Shown: positions 11,968-26,977 of the stretch, piece after piece
How the letters are laid out: each line of letters begins with the position of its first letter
Position numbering within the stretch: position 1 is the first letter of the stretch
NCBI GenBank assembly: GCA_964016885.1
Contig: OZ024743.1
Coordinates: 244,218,001 to 244,282,000, forward strand
Direction of reading: 5' to 3'
DNA length: 64,000 nucleotides
Source: Eledone cirrhosa
Taxonomy: Eukaryota
The notes under the pieces: generated by a model
Database searches by the model: none
Told to the model about the DNA's origin: nothing
What the model saw: the letters and a program-made list of their open reading frames with translations, nothing else
Translations under genes and position numbers: made by a program

Positions 11968-12279
11968 TCCATTCAGTTAAATATATTTTGCACATTAAAT
12001 GCAGACGTCAGTTTGTAGTGTGAAAACAAGACAGAGTTCAAATAAATAAGAATGTACGTGAGAGACATAGTTGCCATGCCATGCCATGGACATTTATCTC
12101 CAGATTGAGTTATAAGGGTGCCGTAGTGATAAACTGAATGTCTTGGGTATTTAAATCTGGTGGAGCCCATCTCCCTCCAGGTCTGATCAAAACCGATTGC
12201 TTCCAGGAAAGAGAGTGAGGGGAACAGAGGGAAGAAAAGGTGAGATAGAGACGACAAGAAAAAAGTGAGAAAGAAAAAT

Positions 12280-12438
12280 AATTGACCCAAGTATTGAACT
12301 AGTATTTTATTTTTTGGTATTGAAAGGATGAAAGGCAAAGTTGACTTCGGTGGGATTTGAACTCCGCGAACAGAGAGCCGGAACAAATACTATAAAGCAT
12401 TCTATCTGACGTTCTAACGACTCTGCCAATTCTCCGCC
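12280..12438 (-). mobile_element. Meta-like SINE copy
   Basis: AGGATGAAAGGCAAAGTTGACTTCGGTGGGATTTGAACTC...CTGCCAATTC. Confidence 0.75.
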
Positions 12439-13002
12439 TAAAGAATACATTACAAGAAGCAAACAGAATGAATACACAAGAATAAGATTTCGTTATAAGC
12501 GAAGATTGTCACAACGTATTTAGCAAACGTGTTGTCATTACTCATCCTGCATTACGTAGACACGTGAAAAAAAATTAAACGCGAGCAACGTGCAAATGAG
12601 GTTTGTATCGAGCTACTGGCTGGTGTTATTGATAGCTCACTAAAAAATAAAAAAAATACATTACGACACATTGAACAAACGACTATAGAACCGTGTAACT
12701 GGATATCATGCTGTTAATGATCGATTGTTATCAGTGATCTGAAGCGCATAACTTATGAAACTGGTACAGGTAAACATTTTAGAACTTCTCTTACAGTTTT
12801 ATTTTTTTTAAGTTAAATTTTCGGATGAAAATTCTGTTTTTATTTTATATTAAACATTATAGTTTATTTATTTGTTTACTTGGTTATTTAGTTATTTATT
12901 TAAACTTTCGGGTAAAGCTGGTAAACCATAAAAAAAGGTTCCTATACCCCTTAATAATAATAAAAACAAGGGAATGTGTGTATGTGTATGTGTGCGAGAG
13001 AT

Positions 13003-13044
<42 letters not shown>

Positions 13045-13439
13045 AGGGAGAGAGATAGAGAAAGAGAGAGAGAGAGAGGCATAAGAAATAAAAGGAAGGA
13101 AAAGGTGAGAAAAGAACAAATATCAAGTAGTTAAATGTCTCTTGTTAAAACTTTTCGTAGCCTCCATGAATTGGAAGACCATACTTATGGTTAGTAGATC
13201 CTTAAATTATTCTATTCCTGTATTCTTTTATGCTTTTACTGGTTTCAATCGTTAGACTTCGACCATGCACTGCCTTATGTGTACATACACACAGGCGCGG
13301 ATATATATAGTGCAAAGGGGGACAAAACAGTGAGGCGTGGTGACACAAACGGCAAACACAACGAAAATCATGGTCATCAACTGTCTCCTATCGGAATAGT
13401 TTCGCATGCTTCTGGACAGGAACTGTTTTACACCACCCT

Positions 13440-13479
<40 letters not shown>

Positions 13480-14056
13480 ATGGCCGACTGAATACGCACG
13501 TGTTTTTTTCTCCCCATTTTTTTTTCTCATTTTCCCTATACATGCGCACACACACACTCACTCTCTCTCACTCTCTCTCTCTCTCTCTCTCTCTCTTTCA
13601 TTTTCTCTCTCTCATACAACGAGTATATTTCTTACATTCTCACTCACTTTCACCCACTCTTTCTCCCATACACATACACTCTATCTTTCACCCAATCTCT
13701 CACACACATGTCCACTCTCTCTCTCTCTCTTTCACACATGCACCTACCCTCTCTCACACATACACTTTCACTTTCACTTTCACCCACTCTCTATCTTTTA
13801 CAGTCTCTACCACTCAATCTTTCTTCCTCTCATACACGCACTCTCACTTATCCTCTCGTTGTTTCTCTCTTTCTCCCTCTCTCTTTTACACACCCACACA
13901 CTAACTTTTACTCACACTCACACTCTCAGATTCTAATGCAAAACAGTGAAGTATTGGATTTTGGTAAATGCGTAAGTATGTATGTATGTATGTATGTATG
14001 TATGTATGTATGTATGTATGTATGTATGTATGTATGTATGTATGTATGTATGTATG

Positions 14057-14400
14057 TAGGTCACCAGTTGGTGGTACTGGTAACATGTATCCCAGTACAA
14101 CCTGTCTCATGGTCGGGTCGTTGGCGATTAAACTGGCAACCCCACCAAGGTTTCTTGGTGAGGAGGGTGACTTTGGACATCCTGCAGGACTAAAAACAAA
14201 ACCTGTCAAAGGGCAAAGGAGCTCTTAAGAGTCAATGGCCATCCAAAATCACCGGGAGAGATGACCCCTTAGCCTTTGTCAAGGCAGAATTCTAGAAGGA
14301 AAACTCTGATATAACACCTGCAACCCTGATGGTATCCAATGATGTTGACTTGTTCTTCTTTTTGGTAAATATCATCTTGGTTAAGAGAGTGGGACTGGCT
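14057..14400 (+). mobile_element. Probable RTE-clade LINE 5' region remnant within (TATG)n
   Basis: GC-richer block bounded by TATG arrays, with CTAGAAGGAAAACTCTGA, a motif I associate with RTE 5' UTRs. No protein motif was seen. Confidence 0.3.
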
Positions 14401-15059
14401 TTGTGCAGTGCCTTTGCTCACTATAAAAGCTTCACGGCACAGGCATTGTTTTATATCTGGAGATCTCTCTGCACTTGTCGTCACATGGTATCATGGGCCC
14501 AGCACTATGTGTCAATAATTGTCACAAGTGTAGTGTTTGTACCAGAGTTTTCAAGTCGCTGGCTGGACTAAAAAGTCACACTCGTTCAGCGCATCGGTAG
14601 GGGTTCTCCTACATGGATATAAAATAGTGGCCGTACTCGAAAACGAGTTGGCACCCACCATGTATGTATGTTATCTCTTTCTCTTAATTTCGCGTATATT
14701 TTTTGACCGGCCACCTTCCTGGTGGCAAGGTTGTAAAAGAAAAGAAATTGTCATCCCTTGAATCGCAAGATTGTTTTGCAAATTTTGAAGGTGTCAGCTA
14801 TCGCAGCCATTTGTAGACTATGAATTAGGGAGCTGTATGTATGTATGTATGTATGTATGTATGTATGTATGTATGTATGTACGTATGTATCTATGTATGT
14901 ATGTATGTATGCATATATGTATGTATGTATTATGTATGTATGTATGTGTGGTTTTATTATTTTATAAACCAAAGAGAGCCGGTTTCTAACATAGACACAA
15001 AACTCTTTCATAGGAATTTAGACATTAACTAGGTAAATACGGATGCATGTCTGCATGGC

Positions 15060-15125
<66 letters not shown>

Positions 15126-17374
15126 GATGTTATTTCATGTGTGGATCTGTATGTTTTGAGTTATATGTGTACACGTGCATATGTTTCTGTATCAATACGT
15201 GTTTGTTTTCAGATGCGTGTGAGTGCGTGTGTGTGTACGTGCATGCATATGGATGTGTGTGTGCGTGTGTATGTAAATATATGTGTATGTGACTTGCTTC
15301 TGTGGATAGATGTGAGTGCGTGTCTTTGTACATTTCATGCGTTCAGATGTGGTAGTAATAATGGCGGATGCTGTGGTGGTGGTGTGGTAGCTGTGCTTAT
15401 TTTATCGATGCCAGAAGAATGAAGGCAGAAAATTGACATCCGGTGTGATTTGAATTCCGAATGCAGTAACGGTCACTCCGTCGCTCTACCAATTCTGACA
15501 AACCTTCACCTTTTAGAAGTAAATATTTTCAATGATGGACAAAAGTGGTTAGGAAGTTCGCTTTACAATCACAAGGTCCTGGGTTCATTCCTACTACACG
15601 GCATATTTATGCTAATATCTTTACCATAGCTCCAAGTCAATACAGATGGGATGTATTAATTTAAAGGTCCAGTTTGTCATATTGTCTCACACTAATTCAA
15701 TAGGAGGATTACATTAGAGGTAGACATATCTGAAGGACACTCAACCACTTACACGTTAATTTAACAAGCTAGAAGTTCACTTGATTGAATTGTATCAGCA
15801 ATGGTTTTCAGTGTTGAACGGAGGTAAGCAACAGGCGTGTGGAGCACATGATTCAATTTCGATTTCTAGGGGAAACTATTTTACTTCCTGAATGGAATGA
15901 ATCTCTGTCGTTTCAACGATAGATGTTCCAGTTGTTCGATCAATGAGAAACCTGCTCATTAAATTATCATGCATTTGGTTGCGTTTTCCATAGACACGTA
16001 ATTCTAAGGGAGATTCAGAGTACCATATTGTGTGACAAGATTGTTTTTTTTAATTAGACGTACAATCCATCCGACAGGTTTTCCAAACAATTTTACTCTG
16101 TCCTCACAATTTTACTTACATGGTTTAAATCGATTGGAGGCTATGGTAAATGACAGATACTCTCGCTGCCACACAGTGGAATCGAACCCAAGTCCTTATG
16201 GTTGGAAAGCAAACATGTTTATCGTTCGGCCATGCCGTGTCCACAGTTCACCTCTAATACACATTGGAAGGCAATAACGCATGTTTATACGTGAGAGTGT
16301 ATGCACGTGTCTGTTGGCGTGTATGTGAGTATGTTTGTGTGCGTGTATATGTTTGTGTATGTTTGTGTGTTTATATGTGTGTGTAATTGTTTATGAGTGT
16401 ATGTTTGTGTATGTATGTATATATATATTTGTTTATTTATCTGTGTGAGTGTATGTTTGGGTGTGTTTATTTATGTGTGAATGTTTGTGTGTATATATTT
16501 ATGTGTTTATATATGACTTTATGTGTGTGTATGTTTGTGTGCATACGTTTGCGTGTGTATGTGCATATGTTTGTGTATGGGCATATTAGTATGTATATGT
16601 GTGTGCGTATGTGTATAGGCATGTTAATATGTAAGTGTGTGTGTGTGTGTGTTAGTGTGTACATGTTTGTGCCTGTATGTGCATGCTGGTAACTGCATAT
16701 ATTTGTGTGTATGTGTGCATATCAGTGTGTTTATGTTTGTATGTGTGTGCATGTTAATGTGTATATATTTATATATGTGTGTATGTTAGTGTGTATATGT
16801 TTGTGTGTGCGTGTATATATTAGTGTGTATATGTCTGTGTGTGTGTGTACATGTTAGTGTGTATGTCTGTGTGAGTGTGTACATGTTAGTGCGTTTATGT
16901 TTGTGTGTGTGTATATATTAGTGTGTATATGTCTGTGTGTGTGTGTACATGTTAGTGTGCGTAGATGGTAGTGTGTATATGTCTGTATGTTTCAGTGTAC
17001 TACCGCGCATGGTTATGAACAGATGACACATTGCACTTCCTGTTTCCGTTTATTTTTTCACACATAATTCACGCCCCACTCCCTTTCTCCCTCCCATTCT
17101 CTCCCTACCTCTCTCTTTCTCATCTTCTCTCCCTTTCTTTTCTCACTCTCCCTCCCTCTCTACCTCTTTCCCACCCTCTCTTTCCCATCTCCTCCTCTTT
17201 TTTCTCCCTCTCACTCTTTCTCTGTCTTTCTTATTCTCGTCTCTATTCAACTTCGCTTCAATGTGATCAACCTCGTGCCCCCCCCCCCACAAACCGCCAG
17301 CAGCCACATCATCATCAGCATCATCATCATTGTTATCATTATCATCATCCTTCTCCGCAGAATTCGGTGTCGTC

Positions 17375-17877
17375 GTCATTAACTTTGCCTTTCATCCTTA
17401 CGGGGTCGATAAAATAAAGTACCAGTAATGCACTGGGATAATAGCTGGCCTTGTGCCAAAAGTAGAAACAATTATTATTACAATTGATTGGCAGTATCAG
17501 TAGAGCGTCGAACAACCCTCGTTGTAGCATAGAGTTACGGCCCTTTATGATCTGAGTTCAAATCCCGGCGAGGTTAACTTTGCCTTTCATCCTTACGGTC
17601 GATAAAATAAAGTACCAGTAACACACTGGGGTCGATTTAATCGACTTTCACCTCCCCCAAAATTGTTGGCCTTGTGCCTAAATTAGAAACCATTATAACA
17701 TGCTTCTCATCATTGAGTTACGGCCCTTTGTATTCTGATTTCAAATCCCGCCAAGGTTAGTTTTGCCTTTCATCCTTATGGGGTCGATAAAATAAAGTAC
17801 CAGTAACACACTGGGGTCGATTTAATCGACTTTCCCCTTCCCTTCAAATTGCTGGCGTTGTGCTATTTCAGAAACCA
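17375..17877 (+). mobile_element. Three head-to-tail Meta-like SINE copies
   Basis: The core TTTGCCTTTCATCCTTA.GG..TCGATAAAATAAAGTACCAGTAA occurs at about 17385, 17580 and 17763. Confidence 0.85.
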
Positions 17878-19175
17878 CCATTATCACCCTCCTCATCATC
17901 ATCATCGTCGTTAACAATCATGTATACAATCAATATTATAATGGTTAAAAAGTTCACTTCGCATTTATAATGTTTAGCGCGCGATTCCATCACGTGTCTT
18001 CTTAGGTAACAGTTATTCACCATAGCCGTAGGTCGACCTAAACCTCGCGAATGAAATTGGATAAACGGAACCGTTTTTTGGAGCCTAAAGGATAGGTTTA
18101 CGTTTAATTTAAAGGACCAGCATGATCACACTCTCATGCTGAACCTACTGACTGGTGAGATTTCCGTATGTGTAACTTCCTGCACCCAATCCGATATTTC
18201 CAATTGTATCTTCGCAGAATAAATAGTGAACAGAAAAAGAAGGAATTATTACAGGAAACGATAGAATTATTTTCAAAGCAGCATTTATTCGTTTTTCCTT
18301 ACACGTATTTCAATGCACTGGAAAGTTTTCAACGTTTTCTTTGGAGATTTGTTTTATATGATCGGCTCTTTCTTGTGTCATTTCCATTGTATTTTAGTTT
18401 CTAGTTTTAAGCTTAAACAATTTGTTTTACATTCACGGATAGTGAGTCGGAAAAAAGACCGAAACATTTAATCCAACGATGTAACTACTCTGTCGATTCA
18501 CTGCTAGATTAATATTATCAACGATATATCCAAATGTAATTTTACCCATTTCGATATAGTAGATTTACAGTCATGTATTTCTTGAACTACAATCCATAGT
18601 ATTGTGGAAAATATACACAAATATACATTGCCATAAGCGACACTAGTATTACAAAATAATTTACGAAAAGGTGTCATTATTTCATATAAATATATTAAAT
18701 CGTGCACAAAGCAGCTGAAGTATATACAAATTCATATCTGTAAAAACAGTACAGGTTTTTAATCGAAGCTACGAGAAAAGTATATGTAAACAGACATTTT
18801 TTTAATGTAGTCACATACACATTTCTCGCAGCTTCGGTTAAAAACCTGTATTGTTTATACAGACTAGCAGAAAAACCACCCTTCGGGTGGTTTTCTGTTA
18901 GCATGTGTAGTGTGTATATTGATATTATACGCAGGTATATATACATGTAGATATGATACATCAAATAAAATCGTAATTGACAATATACACAGAAATTTAA
19001 CGAAGACTACGTTACACTGTCTTATGTAATCAGTAACGTAATCCATGATACATTAAAAAAAGACGATATTATATATAAACTGCATTAGGAGAAAATTAGT
19101 GACAAAAAATTAGTATGTTTATTTAAGCGATCGCCACCGGAAGTGTTGACATTACACACTCTCTCTTTCTATATA

Positions 19176-19583
19176 CGAGGGCAATCCCCAAAATAAGGTC
19201 TCCTTCCGATATTGCAGCTTCCGATATTGCAACTTTTCCGTTAAAATCCTGTGGATGGTGCTTCGGGAAACCTCAGGAACCCAAATGCAGAGAGCATCCA
19301 GAGTGATCCGCCGATCTTTACGCATGTTTTCCTCGGAAGGAAACCTAACTTTTGGGATTGCCCTCTATATAATAACTGCGCGAAATTCGCACTTGGCGGT
19401 AGCGTTCAACGGGAGCTACATTCTCAACGGCTGCCAAGCCAAAATTGAGCATCCCAGCGAAGCGCGCGCATGCTTGTTTGGGAGTGAAGGAAGCGCCAAT
19501 CACAACAGTGTTGCCAACAGCCGTACGAACAGTTTCTCTGCGCCCCCATCGCTTTGGAGACCTTACTTTTGGGATTACCCTCG
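19176..19583. mobile_element. Mariner-type MITE
   Basis: TA-CGAGGGCAATCCCCAAAATAAGGTCTC ... GAGACCTTACTTTTGGGATTACCCTCG-TA: about 27-bp TIR with TA TSD. Confidence 0.9.
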
Positions 19584-19737
19584 TATATGGTAGTTGAAGT
19601 GATGGTGGTGGCGACGATATAGCGGAAGTGCAACTTTGAAAAGAAGTCAATTTTAAATTATTTATTTTTACGAAATTATTTTTGTTTACGAAATTTAGTA
19701 GATAAATTATGTAATATTCATTCATTTTTTATTCTGG

Positions 19738-19920
19738 ATTGGCAATATCGGTAGAGGGTTGAACGCCATGCTTTCTAGCATAGTTACGTCCCTTTACGGT
19801 CTGAGTTCAAATCCCGTCGAGGTTAACTTTGCCTTTTATCCTTACGGGGTCGATAAAATAAAGTACCAGTAATGTACTGGGATAATTGCTGGCCTGGTGC
19901 CAAAAGTAGAAACCATTATT
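19738..19920 (+). mobile_element. Full-length Meta-like SINE
   Basis: TTGGCAATATCGGTAGAG...GAGTTCAAATCCC...core...GTAGAAACCATTATT. Confidence 0.85.
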
Positions 19921-20413
19921 TATTCAAAGTAATCCAACTTATTTTACTAACGGGGTAAAAAAAAAAATAAACCGTACGCAGTCCCGCAGACCTTCCTTTA
20001 TTATAGTTTAGATATAAATTCATAGAAGGCTTCAACTGCTTACCACATATATATATATATACTTGAATTAACTATCACCACTAGCACTAAAATTATGAAA
20101 ATCAGTATGTCCAGTTCTACCATGTCTGATGGAATTATAAGTTCTACAATGTCTGATGGAATTATAAAACCTTTGGTTGAGTATAACTTCGTGGATTTTC
20201 AAGGCTGCAGTCAGTTTCCGATGAAGTTCTCAAAAAAGAACGGAACGCTATGGAAGCTGTTCAACTTTTTCAATCTACAAAGAAACGTGTAAATATGAGA
20301 TGTTTACATTCTTAAACACAATAACAATTGAGTTCTCCATACAGGTTTCTCGCAGCTTCGGTTAAAAATATTTTCGTACAGATTTATATATATATATATA
20401 TATATATATACAT

Positions 20414-20444
<31 letters not shown>

Positions 20445-20447
20445 CAT

Positions 20448-20487
<40 letters not shown>

Positions 20488-20493
20488 ACACAC

Positions 20494-20538
<45 letters not shown>

Positions 20539-20632
20539 TACATACATACATACATACATACATACATACATACATACATACATACATACATACATACATA
20601 CATACCACTGTGTTCCAAGTGGCTTCCTAACT

Positions 20633-20697
<65 letters not shown>

Positions 20698-21309
20698 TAA
20701 AATATTTCTTTTCTCAGTTTGCATTAAGACATTTACACTATGCAATGTACGTCACTTAAGGCTGTTTGGTAGAGCTGAACTACGTTAACACTCGCATACT
20801 CATTCACACGCACACATATAAATACACACACACACGCACTCTCTTCCTCTTTGCCTCACACACACACCCTTACACACAAAGATAATTTCTCTTACACTTT
20901 CTGACACACAAATATACATTCATACCGTTTCTTTTTTTTCTTTCTCTGTCTTTCTTTCTCAGCCCCCCCCCCCTCCTCTCTCTCTCTCTCTGGTTCTCTC
21001 TTCGTCGCTCATACGCAAACACCAAAACAAACACAACACATATACATAAACAGACATACAGACATGCACATAAGCAGATATCACAAATGCGCTTACGCAT
21101 AGAGACACAGATATACAATACACACACAGATATACACATAGGCAGAGGCATACACACATACAGACATACAGACATACAGACATACAGACACACATATACA
21201 GAGGGAGGTGTGTTTGCTGTATTAATAACACTCTGTTTACCTGCCAAAGTCAGCATATATTTGAAGTACAGTTTTCATAGTACAGGACACCTAACTTCCA
21301 CATGAATAT

Positions 21310-21885
<576 letters not shown>

Positions 21886-22334
21886 AAATAATCTGCTTGT
21901 GTTGTCAGTGCAGACCGACAGACTGGCAGACTGGCAGACTGGCAGACAAAGCGACATATTTCAGGCTAGTAGACGACAGTCAAACCGAGAAATGTCTTTA
22001 ACGATATCTGTTAGTGTTAGAGACAGTCGCACGGTGTTACATAAGGTGTCGCACAGTACACCCCGGTACAGTAAAGTGCAGAACAGGGTACCCCGGTACA
22101 GTGCAGTACAATATTGTATGTATAGTACACTAAAGTACACTACGGCATTGAAGAGAGCACAACACTTCTATACAATATACTGTATTACACTACCCTACTA
22201 TACACTACACTATAATATACACTATAATTGTTTCTACTTACGGCACAAGGCCAGCAATTAATCCAGTGTATTATGGTACTTTATTTTATCGACCCCGTAA
22301 GGATGAAAGGCAAAGCTAACATCGACGGGATTTG

Positions 22335-23725
22335 AGCTATACACTATAATATACACCAATACACTACACTACAATACACTACACTACATTACAATACACT
22401 ACACTACACTACACTACAAAACATTACAATACACTACATTATACTACACTACACTACACTACAACAAATTACAGCAAAATACACCTCATTACAATACATT
22501 ACACTATATTACACTATAATACAGGACAATGCATTACAATACACTACACTACACTACACTACACTATATTACACTACAATACAGGACAATACATTACAAT
22601 ACAATACACTACACTACACTACACTATATTACACTACAATACAGGACAATACATTACAATACAATACACTACACTACACTACACTACACTATATTACACT
22701 ACAATACAGGACAATACATTACAATACAATACACTACACTACACTACACTACACTATATTACACTATAATACAGGACAATGCATTACAATACACTACACT
22801 ACACTACACTACACTATATTACACTATAATACAGGACAATACATTATAATACACTACACTACACTACACTACACTATATTACACTACAATACAGGACAAT
22901 ACATTACAATACAATACACTACACTACACTACACTACACTACACTATATTACACTACAATACAGGACAATACATTACAATACAATACACTACACTACACT
23001 ACACTACACTATATTACACTACAATACAGGACAATACATTACAATACAATACACTACACTACACTACACTACACTATATTACACTATCATACAGGACAAT
23101 GCATTACAATACACTACACTACACTACACTACACTATATTACACTATAATACAGGACAATACATTATAATACACTACACTACACTACACTACACTATATT
23201 ACACTACAATACAGGACAATACATTACAATACAATACACTACACTACACTACACTACACTATATTACACTACAATACAGGACAATACATTACAATACAAT
23301 ACACTACATTACACTACACTACACTATATTACACTATAATACAGGACAATACATTATAATACACTACACTACACTACACTACACTACACTATATTACACT
23401 ATAATACAGGACAATGCATTACAATACACTACACTACACTACACTACACTACACTATATTACACTACAATACAGGACAATACATTACAATACAATACACT
23501 ACACTACACTACACTACACTATATTACACTACAATACACTACACTACACTACACTACACTACACTACACTACACTACACTACACTATATTACACTACAAT
23601 ACAGGACAATACATTACAATACAATACACTATGCTACACTTCAAAACACTACACTCCAAGAGACTTCAATACACTTCACTACAATACCATACATTACTTT
23701 AAAATAAAATACTCAGTACACTACA
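22335..23725 (+). repeat. (ACACT)n pentamer satellite with a 45-55 bp higher-order unit
   Basis: Recurring ACACTATATTACACTACAATACAGGACAATACATTACAATACAATACACT. A degenerate version resumes at 30848-30960. Confidence 0.95.
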
Positions 23726-24208
23726 CTTATAGGGGTGGTGAAAGCATTTCTGAATGGGGGCGGGTGCAAATTTGGTCAATTTAGTTGTAGTGATTAGTTT
23801 AGCTCTTTGCACTATAAAATGGTCAGAAAACTTCGATATGCGATAAACATAACATGTACATAAATTGTAGCGATATCCAAATAGATGTGTGTTTTGATAA
23901 TTTGGGGAGAAAATATGCCTTAGTTCAGTTCCACCGCCACTCTATATACATCATTTAAAAATTATTATGCTCTGTGCACTTTCCTAAGGGGTTAATATGT
24001 CGAGCTTCTTTGCATTTGGTAAGAAACTGGTATTATATCCAATTTATATAATATATATATATATCATATTATATTATATATAATATATATATATTTAAAT
24101 TAACCGATATAAAAGACACAGAAGCGAAAAGCGAAAACCAACCAAACAGTGAGTGTGTTCTGTTATTAATTCTGGCAATATTACACAAATATGACCCTTC
24201 CCAAGTAT

Positions 24209-24284
<76 letters not shown>

Positions 24285-25087
24285 CAATGAGCCTACTCGC
24301 CATCCGGCCTGCCTTCACAATCCTTCTACTTTGACCGCTGTCCACGTGATGTATTTCCCCTTTTGAATTCATTGCTGACGGCGATTACTTTAGAAATCTT
24401 TGCCCTAACTGAGGATGTCTCTTGAAAAATGCACATAAACTTTACCAAAAACTCTTCTAGTCCCGACTATCGATAGTTTCGCTCGTACTTTGTGGATATG
24501 TCCAATACTGGTGTTATCCCCTCTCTATATCTACCATACAACACACTCTCTCTCTCATTCCCTCTCACTCTATCCATCAGTACTAAACTCTCCCTCTCTC
24601 TATATCTATTAACACCTATTTCTATCAATCCTCTCACTCTATTCATTACCATCAAACTCCCTCTCTCTACATCAACCATACAACACTCTCTTCCAATCGC
24701 CCACTCTATATCAAGTAACACTAAACTCTCCTCCTCACGGAACTCTCTTCCACTCCCCCTCTCTATATCTACTGCATGGAACTTTTTCAATCCCCCTCTC
24801 TATATTAATACACATCAATCTCTCCCCCTCTCTAAATCTAATATACAACTCACTCTATCAACCTTCCTCTCTATATCAATTAATACTTGATATAGACGTG
24901 AATTACTTCGCTCCGGACTTTTACGGATTATTGTAAAAAAAACTGTGAGTTCATTGCTCAATTTAATAGCATTGTTTAGTTTAACCCCTTGCCTGGGCCT
25001 TCAGACGTTGAGTCAACTAATTTTCGCCCCTTTCTGGGGCGAAATTTTCATTTTCATCTCAAAACTGTGTAGACTTGGTAGTCAGCA

Positions 25088-26185
25088 ATGGATGCCATTT
25101 CAACCTCGCACACTGTCGTGAGTGCCACGTTCACTAAGAAAAGTGGTGGAGGGAAGGTAGGAATACAAAGCTTGCAGCCTCCCCCCCTCGCATTATCGAA
25201 AAACGTTGAAAATATTGAAACCACGAAACCAAACCTGGTAAATAATACCAGCACCAACAACGAGAACAATGACAATAACACCACAACCAACAACTACAAC
25301 AATAGCAACACCAAGGAAAACATGAACAATATTACCAACAGTGACAACAACAACAACAACAACAACAACAAAGACAACAACACCAAAACAACATTCGCAC
25401 AGACTGTAAAAAAAAAACGAACTATACACGTCAATTGACATAACAAATGCTAAACAACTACTACAAGAAGCAAAACAATTCGTGACTTTTGGCGAAAACG
25501 GTGCTTTTAGCATCAATTCTCCACAGGAATTACGTAGAGAGGCTGTCCTGAAAACCACAGTTTTCAGGACAATATCGAACGAAACAAGAAAACCAGCTCA
25601 ATTATCACAAAATGAAATTAAGCTGGTTCTAAAAGATGCAATGAAGGACATAACCTTCATACAAAAAGGAAAACTGTTTGGTAGCATTTCGGTGCTAATG
25701 AATAACCAGTCAACAGCACAAAAATACTCGGTATCACCCATTGTGTCCCCCTGCTTCAACTTTTTCCCCACATACAGGGGAAAAAGGACACAAAGAATAA
25801 CAATTATGAGTATCACACCAAATGTAAATATTTGGTGGATACTATGTGGAATCATTGACTTTGATGAAGACAGGATAATTTCAATAGGAAAGTCCTCCGG
25901 AGGTGTATTTGATGGGACCAGCGTAGAAGTTCTGGTGCAAATGAGCCCAGAACGAATAGCGAATATCCCACAACGCGTGCCTCTGGACGGGCTAACTTAT
26001 ATAAACATTTCAGTGGAGGGAAGGCGGCCGTCATGTTACCACTGCTTAAGCAGGGGTCACCTGAGGGCTGCCTGTCCTCAATTAACGAGTCAAAGAAAAA
26101 AGGCTCTTCTGCCAACCCCGAACACAACACCACCACCACCACCACCACCACCACCACCACCACCACCACCACCACCACCACCACC

Positions 26186-26216
<31 letters not shown>

Positions 26217-26936
26217 CCACAACAACACGGAAAAATAACAACACAAAACACTGTTCCACCCAACCCCTCCCCACCTAAAACAAATACAAAAGCAACCACA
26301 ACAAAACCCCAAAATATACCCCTCCCCAACAACACGGAAGAGGACTCCGTATCAACGTCACCCAGTGACGACGAGGGAGAACCCTTTCAACAGGTGAAAA
26401 GGAAAAAAAAAAGGCACCACATTAACAAAAATGCTACAAACACGCAACCACCAGCACAAACAGAACAAACATCACAAACAAAAAAACCCATCCCTCCCCA
26501 AAACATAACACATACTACAAAACGCAAACACGCACAAGAACAACAAACAAAAACAAACACAACACAACAAAAACTCTATACATACATTAACAAGAACAAT
26601 AAAACTTTGATGAAAGCAATAGAAAATAACCCTTCGGTTTCCACCGAAGGGATCACTTTCACCTATGCAGCGAACAAACCGCACCTAATGATGATTAGGG
26701 TCTCAACGGAAACCTATGTAACTTTGAAAAAGAACCATCCAATGCATGTGGGGACGAACTGCACCAAACCACTTAACAACGTCCTATTGAGATGTGTCCC
26801 CACCCCCACACCAGACACCCACACCCCACCAAACACCCTAATCCCACCACACACTGATGTCCTCACCCCACCAAACAACCCTTCCAACACCCCTATGGAA
26901 ATTGTGCAGCCTGGTCCCCAGGAGACGAAGAGATAA
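25088..26936 (+). pseudogene. LINE ORF1 (gag-like, CCHC zinc knuckle); probable frameshift in the A-run near 25410
   Basis: CYHCLSRGHLRAAC knuckle, poly-Pro/Gln tract and FQQVKRKKKR. The ATG ORF 25088-25438 abuts the 25482-26936 frame. Confidence 0.8.
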
Positions 26937-26977
26937 GTAATTTCCTTTCCTCTTCCTTTTAACTCTTCAGCACCAAC

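Larger units (their letters stand above)
18864..20012 (-). mobile_element. Non-autonomous Helitron with both termini, carrying a nested mariner MITE and a SINE
   Basis: Minus strand starts A|TCTAAACTATAATAAAGG (20012) and ends with hairpin AAAACCACCC-GAA-GGGTGGTTTT then CTGCTAG|T (18864). A/T insertion site, no TSD. Confidence 0.75.

Noticed and set aside
14057-14200. HDV-like ribozyme at the putative RTE 5' end
   Set aside because: I could not assign the nested double-pseudoknot pairings by eye.
18866-18900. Rho-independent terminator-like hairpin
   Set aside because: Better explained as a Helitron 3' hairpin next to CTAG; the sequence is eukaryotic.
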